This document shows positions 1 through 10,329 of a stretch of DNA of 64,000 nt, in pieces. The translations under genes were made by a program, and so were the position numbers. Position 1 is the stretch's first letter. Each line of letters starts with the position of its first letter. This DNA comes from a virus (lineage: Duplodnaviria > Caudoviricetes): positions 23,220-87,219 of IMG/VR virus record IMGVR_UViG_3300005077_000012; one strand, given 5' to 3'. The notes beneath the pieces are model-generated. The model did not search any database. It had not been told where the DNA came from and was given only the letters and a program-made list of their open reading frames with translations.

Positions 1-824
1 ATCTTGCGACCGACCGCCGCACTCTCATCCTCAGCGGTGAAGTACAACGAATAGTCGTTGATGGTATCGATGATCGCCTGATGTGTCGACTGTGCTGTAT
101 ACGACGTCGCGATACTCTGCGCAGACACACAGTCCAGCTCCAGCGAGCTCGCGTCTTCCTGACCGGCCACCGCAGCAGCAGTAAACGACGTCACCGTGTT
201 GATGTACGCAACAACGGAGTTGATCGTTGGATAACTGTTCAGGTCAAGACTGATCCCGCCAACACTCGTCGTCAGCGTATGCGTCGTGCTGTCGTTGACG
301 ATGGTCATCGTACAGGCACCGCCGCCGTACACGACGCTGAACGAGTTCCGAATGATGTCATCGTGAACTTCGGTTTTCGTCTTGTATACGATCGTGATCT
401 TCTTGCCTGCAGTGGTTCCTGCCTCGATCTTGAAGTTGAGCTGGTTCTGATCGAGACCATAGTCCCGACTTTCCAGCTTTATCATCGGGTCCGTTGAGTT
501 GAGCAGGTGCCCTGATGATTGTACTGCCGAGTTGACCCGCATTGCATAGAGCTTCTGCGGAACATAGCCCGGCCCCGGGTTAAAAGCGAGCCGCATGGCT
601 TCCATGAGTTCCCCGCCCTTGAGTGTCCGGATCGCGTCGCCGAGGGTATTGAACTGGAGAAGGGTCTGGGGCTCACCGCCGGTACACGACCCCATAATCA
701 CGCCATTGTTCGCGCTCGCGAACCCAACGGCCCCCTTAACACTGTCAATCCTTGAGTACGCACCGGGAATGAGATGCTGGCTTATCTGTCCAGCCGATTG
801 AAACGTACGCTTACTAACTCCCAT
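1..824 (-). CDS. Tail sheath protein, N-terminal part (runs off left edge; absent from ORF track)
   Basis: Manual translation from ATG at 824 (RBS AGGAG upstream): MGVSKRTFQSAGQISQHLIPGAYSRIDSVKGAVGFASANNGVIMGSCTGGEPQTLLQFNTLGDAIRTLKGGELMEAMRLAFNPGPGYVPQKLYAMRVN..., open to the edge. The GGEP...GEL.EA..LA..P...AMRV pattern matches recalled Twort/K-like sheath N-termini. It follows the neck genes as in that family. Confidence 0.85.
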   Translation of the reverse strand, partial: MGVSKRTFQSAGQISQHLIPGAYSRIDSVKGAVGFASANNGVIMGSCTGGEPQTLLQFNTLGDAIRTLKGGELMEAMRLAFNPGPGYVPQKLYAMRVNSAVQSSGHLLNSTDPMIKLESRDYGLDQNQLNFKIEAGTTAGKKITIVYKTKTEVHDDIIRNSFSVVYGGGACTMTIVNDSTTHTLTTSVGGISLDLNSYPTINSVVAYINTVTSFTAAAVAGQEDASSLELDCVSAQSIATSYTAQSTHQAIIDTINDYSLYFTAEDESAAVGRK

Positions 825-837
825 AGCTATCTCCTAT

Positions 838-1071
838 TTATAGATTTTTTGCACGCTCATCCCACTCTTCCTTCGTCCGGATAACCAGATCAGGATTCGT
901 GGCGTTAATCCACGCGCGTTGATACTTGTCCCACGTAGGGCAGTAGCGTTCGAGATATTCCCTGAGTGACATCCCTCCCTGCACCGCCTGTGGTGGGCTC
1001 TGGACTTCTTGCTGCACGCCTTCAGACGGTTCAGCGAAGTCATCGAACTCCGTTACCTTTTTCTGCGCCAT
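838..1071 (-). CDS. Small hypothetical protein preceding tail sheath
   Basis: 77-aa ORF fitting the gap between tail-completion and sheath genes; RBS-like GGGG upstream. Confidence 0.7.
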   Translation of the reverse strand: MAQKKVTEFDDFAEPSEGVQQEVQSPPQAVQGGMSLREYLERYCPTWDKYQRAWINATNPDLVIRTKEEWDERAKNL

Positions 1072-1080
1072 ACTAACCCC

Positions 1081-1851
1081 CTATGTAGTGTGGTACGACT
1101 CATCGACGGTCGTCGTGTCAACCGACGCGATCAATCCGTCAGACCGCAGTTCAATCCGCATTGCGCCGGAATGTAAAACACACGGTATAGTTATATTACT
1201 TCCAAACAATAACATCCCAAACTCGACGTTGATATCCCCGGACCGACGACCATCCAGCGTACCGATGACGTCAATCCCCTGTGTATGCAGGTACCCCCGA
1301 CGCGTGTTAATGCAGAGCCGCACCATATCGTACAGGTTAGACACAACCTCACGGTTGTCCCCCCAGATATTGATGTCCACCCGATGCGATGCACTGTACC
1401 ACCCCCGCTCTCCGATCAGGGTCGCCCCCGCAGCCGCCACCTTGAGCCGGGCGAACGCCGCGTCAGACGCCAGCAGCCTGCCCTCAGCCTTGTGACCCTC
1501 CATTTCGGCGACAGACTCCGCAGTCACCAGAACGATCTCATGCTCGCGACCCAGCGTCTCAAACGTTTCATTTTCGACGGTATCTGACACAGTCACACTC
1601 GGGAAGACGTTCAGGTTAAGCTGCTGGCCGAGGACGTCCTGAAACAGGAACATGGCAAACGGGTGCACCGTATCCACACGAACGTCACCGAAGTTCCCGG
1701 CATACATACCGTTGACATCAACCTCCCGGAAAAACTCCCGGAGCAGGCGTACCAGTACAGTCTCAGGGTTCCCGGACTCAATAACCCATACGGGAACCGT
1801 GCTCGCCTGCGGGACAACGTACGCGTTCGCGGTTTTATACATCTTCGTCAT
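1081..1851 (-). CDS. Putative tail-completion/terminator (neck) protein
   Basis: 256 aa; FPSVTVSD...DINIWGDN pattern and position directly before the sheath. Confidence 0.55.
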   Translation of the reverse strand: MTKMYKTANAYVVPQASTVPVWVIESGNPETVLVRLLREFFREVDVNGMYAGNFGDVRVDTVHPFAMFLFQDVLGQQLNLNVFPSVTVSDTVENETFETLGREHEIVLVTAESVAEMEGHKAEGRLLASDAAFARLKVAAAGATLIGERGWYSASHRVDINIWGDNREVVSNLYDMVRLCINTRRGYLHTQGIDVIGTLDGRRSGDINVEFGMLLFGSNITIPCVLHSGAMRIELRSDGLIASVDTTTVDESYHTT

Positions 1852-2726
1852 GCGTCAACCCCCTTCGCCCGGGCAATGTCAGTCTCGAACGCGTCCGCGA
1901 TTGCCTGATCAGTGATCGGCCGCATCGTATCTACAACTGCCTGCCTGATCGGTATCGGGTCTTTCTTCGGAACGATCCACGAAGCAGGATCGCTACGCAT
2001 GGATACCACGCGGAACGTAATGTACGACGAACTCTTCGCCTTCTGCGTATTCGCCTGCATCCGCACCATGCTGGATCGCTTGCCTGCGGTCCATGTATAC
2101 GTGTCGGACACCGGACGGCCGTACGCCTGCGATAGTTTCTTCTGCATCTCCGGGGATATCTTCTTCGTCTCCGGGGCCCCGGACGACCCGAGCCGGTCAC
2201 CCCATCTATAGGTATTTCGCACGACCCCTTTCACGTCGGTATACTGCCCGGTGACCTTACTCTGACTGAATTTATTGACCATATTGTACACGTTCAGGGG
2301 CATCGGTTTGTTGGTCGACAGGGTCCCCGGAACCCCATGACGGAAGGCCACGATATTGTAGGGCCCGTTCGCCCCGGTTCGCGCCTTCGGGCCGGACAAC
2401 AGGCCCGGCTTCAGATCGATCTCTTGATGACCGTCTTCGATGTACTTGTGCGCCTTGTAATCAGTGTAAATCACCTTCTCCAGATCGTTGCTCAGGTCCA
2501 CCTGTATCGACTTCGCGTACTCACCCCTGCTGTTTATCACCCGGGGGCCGCCCGAGGTCGGTATCGGAGCTCCCAGCGCATACCTGCGCCACGTCTCCTG
2601 ATACATCTTCGCGAGATCATTCAATCGATCCACAACCGTCGGGAACGCCTGCCTGACGGTCTTATCAGACATCAGGGCTGCAAACCCGGGGATGTGAACA
2701 CCGACGCCGACCTTCATTTCTGCCAT
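1848..2726 (-). CDS. Putative neck/minor virion protein
   Basis: 292 aa with EDG...DLKPGLL.G.KA...PY.IV.FRH..PG segment; synteny among neck genes. Confidence 0.55.
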   Translation of the reverse strand: MAEMKVGVGVHIPGFAALMSDKTVRQAFPTVVDRLNDLAKMYQETWRRYALGAPIPTSGGPRVINSRGEYAKSIQVDLSNDLEKVIYTDYKAHKYIEDGHQEIDLKPGLLSGPKARTGANGPYNIVAFRHGVPGTLSTNKPMPLNVYNMVNKFSQSKVTGQYTDVKGVVRNTYRWGDRLGSSGAPETKKISPEMQKKLSQAYGRPVSDTYTWTAGKRSSMVRMQANTQKAKSSSYITFRVVSMRSDPASWIVPKKDPIPIRQAVVDTMRPITDQAIADAFETDIARAKGVDA

Positions 2727-3850
2727 CAGAAGGTCCTCTTCGCGTTGATCATATCATACTGCATCAGGTTGATCTTGTTCACAAATTCCTTGTTCTCCGA
2801 CACTCGCATTGACGAGTAATCGCGCAATGCGATGTACGTCGGATTATAGAAAAATTGCACGCTATACTTCTTCGTCGGCTTCGCGGTGACCCAACTGATC
2901 TCATTCCGCCCCACCAGCGTAACCTCGGTATCGACGTCATGCTCCACCCCGTCAAGGTCCACAATCCGCGTAATCCGGACCACATCGAAGTAGTTGTTCA
3001 ACACATCATTCCCAACCGTCAGCGTCGGGTCAACGATCGCGGTGCCATACTGGTCCTTGCTCAATGCGGTGAGCAGATCATCCGGTGACACTTTGCAGTA
3101 GTATGGCGTAATGAGCTGCGCGGATGCCTCGTCCAGTATATACGGTTTCTCATACCGCATCTTCTGACTGATACCGGTCACGATAAAGCTGAATGGCAGC
3201 ACATAATCGTACGACGCCAACAGCTCATCCCCCGACGTATATGTACCCATGCTGCTTAAAAAAATAAAGTCTTTTTCGTACTTTGACACTGTATACGACT
3301 CATTTTTTGTGATGTTCGTCACGGCACGCACCCGGCGGATAGAGCCCACATACCACCGGCCCCGGGTCTGGAACGTCGGGCTGCTGATTTTCAGCACGTT
3401 GGTCGCGATCACCGTCGGTGTCTCATCGAGGGCGTTCTGGATCGGGCTGTAATCATACCGCATATTCAGCAGCTCCCACTCTGCCGGAAAGGGGGCCGCA
3501 AGCTGCACATAACTCCCGTCAGCCGGTTGAACCGACGCCAGCGGTAGCTCCACACCACGCTGGAACACCGATACACTTCCCACAACAACACTGCCCATCT
3601 TCGGGAAGACCTTCCCCATGTTGTTATGCTTCGCCGACTCCCAGCTCACCGTAAACCGATCTGGTGTGGTATACACACGCCCACGGCCCTTACACAAGGA
3701 ACACGACGGGCTCGGTTGATTAGTCGACGTACTCAGACAGGGACAGACCACTGCCCGGGTCCACCGTACCCACTGTCCGTGCCGCCGCAGGGCGGACTCA
3801 TACGCCGCGACGCTCTGGAATGTATTGAAACCGTTCCCGCTCAGTTCCAC
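2726..3850 (-). CDS. Putative head-closure/neck protein with CPC...CxxCxGxG motif
   Basis: W..AVVCPC...PSPSCSLCKGRG at the N-terminus, typical of Twort/K-like neck proteins; synteny. Confidence 0.65.
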   Translation of the reverse strand: MELSGNGFNTFQSVAAYESALRRHGQWVRWTRAVVCPCLSTSTNQPSPSCSLCKGRGRVYTTPDRFTVSWESAKHNNMGKVFPKMGSVVVGSVSVFQRGVELPLASVQPADGSYVQLAAPFPAEWELLNMRYDYSPIQNALDETPTVIATNVLKISSPTFQTRGRWYVGSIRRVRAVTNITKNESYTVSKYEKDFIFLSSMGTYTSGDELLASYDYVLPFSFIVTGISQKMRYEKPYILDEASAQLITPYYCKVSPDDLLTALSKDQYGTAIVDPTLTVGNDVLNNYFDVVRITRIVDLDGVEHDVDTEVTLVGRNEISWVTAKPTKKYSVQFFYNPTYIALRDYSSMRVSENKEFVNKINLMQYDMINAKRTF

Positions 3851-3851
3851 A

Positions 3852-4985
3852 CTATACTCCTACAAACCCGAATGACGGGCCCCGCCCGAATTTATACCGG
3901 TTGCGCTGCAGCCAGTCCTTGATCTCATCCTGATACTGCTTAATCCGGGCACCGAAGAACGCGCTCGTCGCAGACTGCGTCGAACTGAATGACTCTGACA
4001 ACCCATCCAGTGATACCGACTGTGACGAGAACCCTGCCATGAGGCCATCTCCGATAACACTCAGGGCCAGCACCGTCGCCCACTTCGCGATTGCGGCCCG
4101 CAGACCCTCTGGAACAAAGTCCGATGACGAGTACCCGGTTGTATAGTCGAACTCGAACCCTTCCGGATAATGCGATCCAATCAGACGCCACGGATAGGCT
4201 CCGACCGCAAACGGTCCGTACATCATTCCACTGGTCGGAAAGAGCTGGACCTGACCCGTCGCCTTGTTCAATCTGATCCACCCATTCGCGCTCAGGTCAA
4301 TCACCTCGGTTTTGACTTGTGAATACATCACTGCGCGCTCAATCGATATCACCGGAAAGTGCCGCAGCAGAACAAACCCATTATTGCGCCACTCCTCCGG
4401 AAGGAAGTCGTACGGGTCATCTTCGTGTGTGTAGTCAACACCATCACGCCAGAACCGGGAACGAACCAGTTCAGAGTCCGGGTTGGTCTTATAGACCTTG
4501 CGCAGGATATCCATATCAAGATAGGACTCGAATTCCCCGATCGCGGTCATGATGTAATACCGGAGCTGCGCATCCTCCATCGAAGACTGCGCCACGTCGT
4601 CCGCCGTCATGTCCACACCCCACATATAGGAGTAGCGCAGATCATCCGGGGTAATGAGCTCGCCCCACTCTCCCGGCGGCGCGGAGTAGTTGCCGAACGT
4701 ATATCCGATCTTCTCGGTCTCCGTACCACCCTGCCGGGGAGACGACAGATCACTCTCGGTCCCGGTTCCAGAATTATAATAACACGTCTTGTACCACGAC
4801 CCCGACGTCCCGGACGAGTCCGTGTAGTAGTAGACCTCGTCTTCCGGCAGTATGGTAATCCGGGTCGTGGACGTTGTGATCTCAACATACGCACCCGCCA
4901 GCGTCGTCGATCTGAAAACCTTTATCTGATCATACTCCTGCAGAACCAGCCCGACATCATCGACAACTATACTCAGCCTATTCAT
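3852..4985 (-). CDS. Putative head-tail adaptor/connector with N-terminal extension
   Basis: C-terminal GLMAGFSSQSVSLDGLSESFSSTQSATSAFFGARIKQY segment characteristic of adaptor proteins of this phage type; start placed at MNRLS (4985) after a GAGGAGG RBS. Confidence 0.65.
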   Translation of the reverse strand: MNRLSIVVDDVGLVLQEYDQIKVFRSTTLAGAYVEITTSTTRITILPEDEVYYYTDSSGTSGSWYKTCYYNSGTGTESDLSSPRQGGTETEKIGYTFGNYSAPPGEWGELITPDDLRYSYMWGVDMTADDVAQSSMEDAQLRYYIMTAIGEFESYLDMDILRKVYKTNPDSELVRSRFWRDGVDYTHEDDPYDFLPEEWRNNGFVLLRHFPVISIERAVMYSQVKTEVIDLSANGWIRLNKATGQVQLFPTSGMMYGPFAVGAYPWRLIGSHYPEGFEFDYTTGYSSSDFVPEGLRAAIAKWATVLALSVIGDGLMAGFSSQSVSLDGLSESFSSTQSATSAFFGARIKQYQDEIKDWLQRNRYKFGRGPSFGFVGV

Positions 4986-5157
4986 TCCGTCCCCTCCTCG
5001 ATACACTGCGCCCGACTATCGTCGGAAACATATTGACCACCGCGCTTACGATAACCCCGATCCCGGCGTTCGTCGGCCATATACCCCACAGACCTCGCGC
5101 AACGAACTGCGCCGCCTTCTTGTACCCATAGCTCACAATGAAGGACTTGCGCATCAT
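4978..5157 (-). CDS. Small hypothetical protein (59 aa, not in ORF track)
   Basis: Manual translation MMRKSFIVSYGYKKAAQFVARGLWGIWPTNAG...RNE*; fills the gap and overlaps the upstream stop codon. Confidence 0.5.
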   Translation of the reverse strand: MMRKSFIVSYGYKKAAQFVARGLWGIWPTNAGIGVIVSAVVNMFPTIVGRSVSRRGRNE

Positions 5158-7508
5158 ATTCGCACCACCCGGGCAATGTTTTCAAGGGTCGGGTTGTCGT
5201 CGATATCGTAACACGAAAACCGCGCGATCTCCGTGGTCCCGTCCGGTCTATAGAAAATTAGCAGGTTCGGCGTCTGCAGGGACCATGTCCCCAGCGACAC
5301 ATCGTACATATCATCTACCGCAGATACCACCGCAGTTAAAGACTCATCAATCGATCCGGCTGCAGGATCACCCCCGGACGGTGCCAGCTTCATCGAATCC
5401 CTGACCTCCTGAGTGAACCCGAACGCCGAAAGGGTCCGCACAGCCGCCGTCCACACCGCCGTAGCGATGTCCGCAACCAGCGTACCGAACCCGGTCAGGG
5501 TCCGGGTGCCCGCAGCCCACACATCCGCTGCCGTGATATTATTGAGCGCGTCCACCTTGTCCCGCACCTTGTTCAGGCTGTCCGTCTCGGCGTCGAAGCT
5601 CGCGCCGCCGTTGTCGTCTGCCAGTTTAGTGAGCATCCCGGACACGGTCGCGCTCCCGCCGTCTAACGCAACGGGAGTTCCTACGTTGGCCGCAATCGTT
5701 GATATAACTTTCGCTACCGTTCCCGCGTCTTGATGATTGTCCGCATAGATATCTGCCACGGCCATCGGTACGAACTGGTTGACGACATTCAGCTCCCCGG
5801 GAACGCCGTCAACATTCGTCTTCGTAAATTCAGCAACATTGAGGAGTGTCCTTCCCGTCGCTCCGATAATGTTCCCGCTTCCCGTAAAAATGGCCGTCCC
5901 TTTCAACACGGTTGCCCCGAGGTTAACATTGACGGTATCCCCTGAAAAATACAGAACGGCCGCTGCATCATTAAAATTCTGAATGTCCGCCCACCCTGAC
6001 AGCCCCATCATTGCAAAATTCCCGGCGCTGTTCTGAAAATCGATCACACCGTACGTCCCGGTCGTCGAAAAGATATTGCAGTTTGTTCCGGAAACTGCTG
6101 CGGCCGCTTTCTTCGTGATTGAGTCCCCGATCGTGCAGCTATCCATAGACCCGACAAAGTTCGTCATGCTATCAAGGTAACAGGCCACCGTGTATATCCC
6201 TGTACTATTCACCTGCCCCGACAGGGTTAAGTTGGTAAACGTACATCCGTTCGCGCTTTGATTGTTCAAGTCCAGCGACGACACGGAATAATTCTCACCC
6301 TCAAAGATATACCCGTCTACGGCTGCACCCAACGTTACATCGCCCATGATGTATATCTTGTTAAAGTTATATACAGCCGCAATCGTCAGTGCATCCGTGA
6401 TGTTGGACACCGGATAAAATTGAGTCCCGATCGGATATGCGGTTCCTGCGTTACCCGTGGATGTATTGATCCAGACCTTACCGGAGAACCCCATCGTCGC
6501 AAGCGCGTGCCCGCCGGTACCGACAGTCGTATACTCCGTGAGCCCTGCGTTGAAGAAGGCGTCCGGGATTGTCTGGTTGATGTACAGAGACGGCGTCCCG
6601 AGGATCGTCGGATCACCGAGACCCGCGAAGATGATGGTCCCTGCGGTTACTGACGACATAACAGTCGTGTTATGGTTCCCGGTTACCGCGATGTACCCGG
6701 ACGGGTGCCCGAGGTTGCTGAATACGAATATCCCGTCGGCCTCAACGATCCCGACACCACTCACCACATTCATATCAAACGTGATTGGAGACGTCCCCTG
6801 CGCCTTACCATTTGCGCAGGCGAACTGCCCCGTCATCGCCATCGTAAATGCGCCGTATAACTTCGCGAACTCGGCGTGCATATTCAGTCCAGTAATTCCA
6901 TTCAGCCAGCACCCGTACGTATAACAGAGACCAGTCCCCTGCGTCCCGGTCAGGGTCACATCCGTAAACATAGTCGCCGTTACGTCCTGACCGCCGAGTG
7001 TAATTATGTTTGACTCCTTCGCTCCGACACCTTCAAACGAGTACCCCGCAACAGACTGTGCGAGTGTCAGCAAACCGTTCAGCCGGATAACCTTCGTATT
7101 GATCCGGGATGCGATCGTGATTGCATCGGCGAGATTGGATACAGGCTGGAAATCCGTACCCGTAGGATAGGCGGTCCCAGCAGTTCCACCTCCGGTTGTA
7201 TCAAGGTGTACACCACCTTTGTACTTTGCCCGGTCCCAGCTCCAGTCCCACTCGATCCAGACGACCTGCCCATACGTCGTCCCGACGAACTTCGTCGAAT
7301 ACTGGTTGAGTCCATACGTCGGCGGGCTGGAGAACGCCACAGACCACTTCCACCGACCCGACGCTGCCGGGTCCTGAGTCGCAGTGCTCGATGATTGAGA
7401 TACTGTCGCACCTGTGAGTCGGTTATACGTAGTAACCGTAACCCCCGCCTCATCAGTATCGAGAGACGCTTTGAGTACCGGAGTTATTGCAAGGTCAAAA
7501 CTGATCAT
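5154..7508 (-). CDS. Large virion/fibre-like protein with beta-helix-like repeats
   Basis: 784 aa, Gly/Thr/Ala-rich; two copies of G.V..(D/N)T..G.AGTAYP.GT.F.PVSN..DA.TIA, each followed by beta-solenoid-like stretches. Confidence 0.6.
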   Translation of the reverse strand: MISFDLAITPVLKASLDTDEAGVTVTTYNRLTGATVSQSSSTATQDPAASGRWKWSVAFSSPPTYGLNQYSTKFVGTTYGQVVWIEWDWSWDRAKYKGGVHLDTTGGGTAGTAYPTGTDFQPVSNLADAITIASRINTKVIRLNGLLTLAQSVAGYSFEGVGAKESNIITLGGQDVTATMFTDVTLTGTQGTGLCYTYGCWLNGITGLNMHAEFAKLYGAFTMAMTGQFACANGKAQGTSPITFDMNVVSGVGIVEADGIFVFSNLGHPSGYIAVTGNHNTTVMSSVTAGTIIFAGLGDPTILGTPSLYINQTIPDAFFNAGLTEYTTVGTGGHALATMGFSGKVWINTSTGNAGTAYPIGTQFYPVSNITDALTIAAVYNFNKIYIMGDVTLGAAVDGYIFEGENYSVSSLDLNNQSANGCTFTNLTLSGQVNSTGIYTVACYLDSMTNFVGSMDSCTIGDSITKKAAAAVSGTNCNIFSTTGTYGVIDFQNSAGNFAMMGLSGWADIQNFNDAAAVLYFSGDTVNVNLGATVLKGTAIFTGSGNIIGATGRTLLNVAEFTKTNVDGVPGELNVVNQFVPMAVADIYADNHQDAGTVAKVISTIAANVGTPVALDGGSATVSGMLTKLADDNGGASFDAETDSLNKVRDKVDALNNITAADVWAAGTRTLTGFGTLVADIATAVWTAAVRTLSAFGFTQEVRDSMKLAPSGGDPAAGSIDESLTAVVSAVDDMYDVSLGTWSLQTPNLLIFYRPDGTTEIARFSCYDIDDNPTLENIARVVRI

Positions 7509-9778
7509 TATTCATCCTCACTGCGTTCGTCGTTTATTAGCGTGAACTCTAACCGCTTCGGTTCCTGCACCTGAAGATCAAAAACCTTACTCTTCCACCC
7601 CGGCTTTGTAATCACGAACTTGAACGGGTTCAGGTCGACGTCATCGTCTGTATTGTACACCGTCACCAGTTTCTCAGAGCACCACCCTAACGAGTCGGTA
7701 GTTGTGTTTACAACCTCAACCCCGTTCTTGTCATAGACTTTAATGCTGACGTTCGGAACAGCCACACCTTCAGGAGTTATCGCGTTCATGCTCAGTGACT
7801 TTTGATGGATGCAGGTAATCTGGGCGAGATATTGACCAAAACTCAGGCTGACATCACAGTCAATAAACGTCTTTGTCCCACCTGCGGCAAACGCAAACAT
7901 CCCCACGTCGTATGTAGAGTCGACCGTCTCAACATTACGTACCGTTGAGTCCCCACCACTGGCCAAGAAATACACTGACTCCTGCCGGATTTTATAGTTA
8001 ATGTATATACCACTCCAGTCCAGTTCCATTGACGACACTGATATCCTCTGGTTGTTGACCCACGACCGATATACTTTACACGCCTGTCGGTTGCTGAAAA
8101 CGGGAAACCCGCCATAATCTAACGACGCTAACGATGCCGTCATAATATTACACGCACCACACTGTGTCCACGACGCGGCCGGGGCCGCAATCAAACTCCC
8201 CCCGTAAATGTTCATCAGGGAGTCTCTAAACTGAAACAAATCATCGAACAACCAGTTGCACCCGTTAAAATATAAACCCTGATACACCCCAACGCCCGGG
8301 TCAACCCACCCAACGCCAGACTGAAAAATGGTTCCGTACGTCTTATCACCAGCCACGTATAAATTCTGACTGGTCACACGATCTAAAACCGACAACGCGA
8401 TCGTCTTCCCCGTCTGATCCGGCCTACCGACCATAACGTGAGCCCCGATGGAATACTTCCCGGACGACTTATCACAGAGCCCCCACGACTGCGCCGCATC
8501 CTCGATACAGATAGCATCTGCAATATTTTCATTGAGGATGAAAATATCAATATCATCCGCATGGCTCGCAGCAGTCGTCCCGAACATCCCCCGCTTGACC
8601 GTCAGATCGTCCTGAAGGGTAAAGGTGTGTGTCCCGGACCCGGACGGATGCGTGACCGCAACGTCATCCCCGCCCAGCGTTAAACTGACCGTAAAGTAAT
8701 TGTTATCCTGCTTCTTCACGTAATAACCGACCCCGGTTGACAGCCCGGTCGGAAGCGTCCCGGTCGTCGTCAGCCGTATAACCTGACCGGTCGACAACCC
8801 ATGCCCGACCTTATACAAACGATTGGACGATGCCGTCGCGAACGTACTGGACACGCTTCCGTTCACTGCGGCCAAAATAAATATCCATTCAGAGTCCAGC
8901 CTGATGTATCGGAGTGCAGGAAGTACCGAGTAATCGGTTACATACAGGGTCTCAACCGATGAAGAAATCGCCCCGGTCAGATTAGCCGTGGAGTCCGCGT
9001 CATCAGTCCCGTCAACGACAATCGTGTCTTCCGTTGCCGTCGTGGGCGTCCCGTACAAAACAAAGAATCCGCCGTTATTCGTCGTACACTCGTCAAGTGC
9101 AGAAAATGATCCACTGACCACAAGTATCTGCGCCTGATATACGTCACCCATCTGAAACTGTATTCTGTACAACCACGTAATAATTCCCGTGGCCGTAGCC
9201 GTAGCGTTTGTAACCAGATCACCGATGTGGATATACTCATATCCAATCCGAAAAACAAACCAGTGTGTATTCGTTCCGGTCGTGGTTATATCAACCTCAG
9301 CCCCCCCAGACGTTAGCGATACCTTGAATGTATCCGTATCAATATATTTGACGTAGTACGGAGTGCGTGTAACTAACGGTTCCGGAAGCGTTCCGTTCGT
9401 CGCCAGATAGATGATATCACCCTCAACCAGTTTATGCGCGGCAGACGTGATAATATTATCCGTCCCCGCAGTAAAGACTCGATAGTCCCGGCTCCGGTAG
9501 AAACGCTGCGCACCACTACCCACTGCAGTGATATTGATATTCGTACCACCGGGAGTCAGCGCAAGGTAAAACGTATTTGCGTCAATCCGTTTGACGTAAT
9601 AGCACGTCTCCATTGTAAGTGGTGTAGCCAACACCCCCGAGTTCGGATACACCATGATCGTATCGTTGTCTTCGAGGCCGTGAGCTGCGGACGTGAATAT
9701 ATCACTGGTCGCAACGGTATACGCCTTCCAGCAGGCCCACTCCTGATACGAGTTTAATTTTTCAAAGTTGAGTGCCAT
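7508..9778 (-). CDS. Virion protein with three copies of a ~65-aa HGL/HKL...YYVK...TF repeat
   Basis: 756 aa; repeats SAAHGL...TCYYVKRIDANTFYL, SAAHKL...TPYYVKYIDTDTFKV, VGHGL...VGYYVKKQDNNYFTV. Confidence 0.6.
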   Translation of the reverse strand: MALNFEKLNSYQEWACWKAYTVATSDIFTSAAHGLEDNDTIMVYPNSGVLATPLTMETCYYVKRIDANTFYLALTPGGTNINITAVGSGAQRFYRSRDYRVFTAGTDNIITSAAHKLVEGDIIYLATNGTLPEPLVTRTPYYVKYIDTDTFKVSLTSGGAEVDITTTGTNTHWFVFRIGYEYIHIGDLVTNATATATGIITWLYRIQFQMGDVYQAQILVVSGSFSALDECTTNNGGFFVLYGTPTTATEDTIVVDGTDDADSTANLTGAISSSVETLYVTDYSVLPALRYIRLDSEWIFILAAVNGSVSSTFATASSNRLYKVGHGLSTGQVIRLTTTGTLPTGLSTGVGYYVKKQDNNYFTVSLTLGGDDVAVTHPSGSGTHTFTLQDDLTVKRGMFGTTAASHADDIDIFILNENIADAICIEDAAQSWGLCDKSSGKYSIGAHVMVGRPDQTGKTIALSVLDRVTSQNLYVAGDKTYGTIFQSGVGWVDPGVGVYQGLYFNGCNWLFDDLFQFRDSLMNIYGGSLIAAPAASWTQCGACNIMTASLASLDYGGFPVFSNRQACKVYRSWVNNQRISVSSMELDWSGIYINYKIRQESVYFLASGGDSTVRNVETVDSTYDVGMFAFAAGGTKTFIDCDVSLSFGQYLAQITCIHQKSLSMNAITPEGVAVPNVSIKVYDKNGVEVVNTTTDSLGWCSEKLVTVYNTDDDVDLNPFKFVITKPGWKSKVFDLQVQEPKRLEFTLINDERSEDE

Positions 9779-10083
9779 TCCGTATAATCCATGTCGGGTA
9801 ATTCAGTATGAACCTTCTTCGGTTTCATACTCTTGAACGCCTTCTTGATTTCCTTAACCGAGTCCTTGATCCTGCGATCGAGCTCCTTCATGTCTTCCTT
9901 TCCGCCGGACAGGTACCGCAGCAAGAACGCTTCATGCTGCGGACGGGGCTTCTTACCCTCAAACGCCCCGAACTGGTTCATGTACGCCTGAGCCCGGAAC
10001 TCGGTACATGGAAGTGTGAGCCGTCCGTCAGTGCCGGTGAGTGTGTACTGTTTCATTTGCCCAAACCCCCACAATACAAACAA
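9754..10083 (-). CDS. Hypothetical protein
   Basis: ORF in the dense minus-strand gene run; probable start MKQYTL. Confidence 0.6.
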   Translation of the reverse strand: MFVLWGFGQMKQYTLTGTDGRLTLPCTEFRAQAYMNQFGAFEGKKPRPQHEAFLLRYLSGGKEDMKELDRRIKDSVKEIKKAFKSMKPKKVHTELPDMDYTEWHSTLKN

Positions 10084-10128
10084 ACGTGCCCCATGATCGG
10101 ACTACCACACTTCACGCACCGCTTCATG

Positions 10129-10311
10129 TTAACCCTTCGCATCGACCGGTTTTATCGGCGTGACCTTCTCCCCGGTCGGGATCGGCCGTGCCAGCGTTGA
10201 CAAAACGATATCCACGCCCTGCTTGTTCGCCAGCCCCCCCTGCTTCAGTGCGATATCGCACATCTGCGTTATGAGCCCCTTCACGTCGTCACTGATCTCG
10301 TACATAGCCAT
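10129..10311 (-). CDS. Hypothetical protein (60 aa)
   Basis: ORF with RBS GAGAGG upstream. Confidence 0.6.
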   Translation of the reverse strand: MAMYEISDDVKGLITQMCDIALKQGGLANKQGVDIVLSTLARPIPTGEKVTPIKPVDAKG

Positions 10312-10329
10312 TGTAATAACCCTCTCTCG

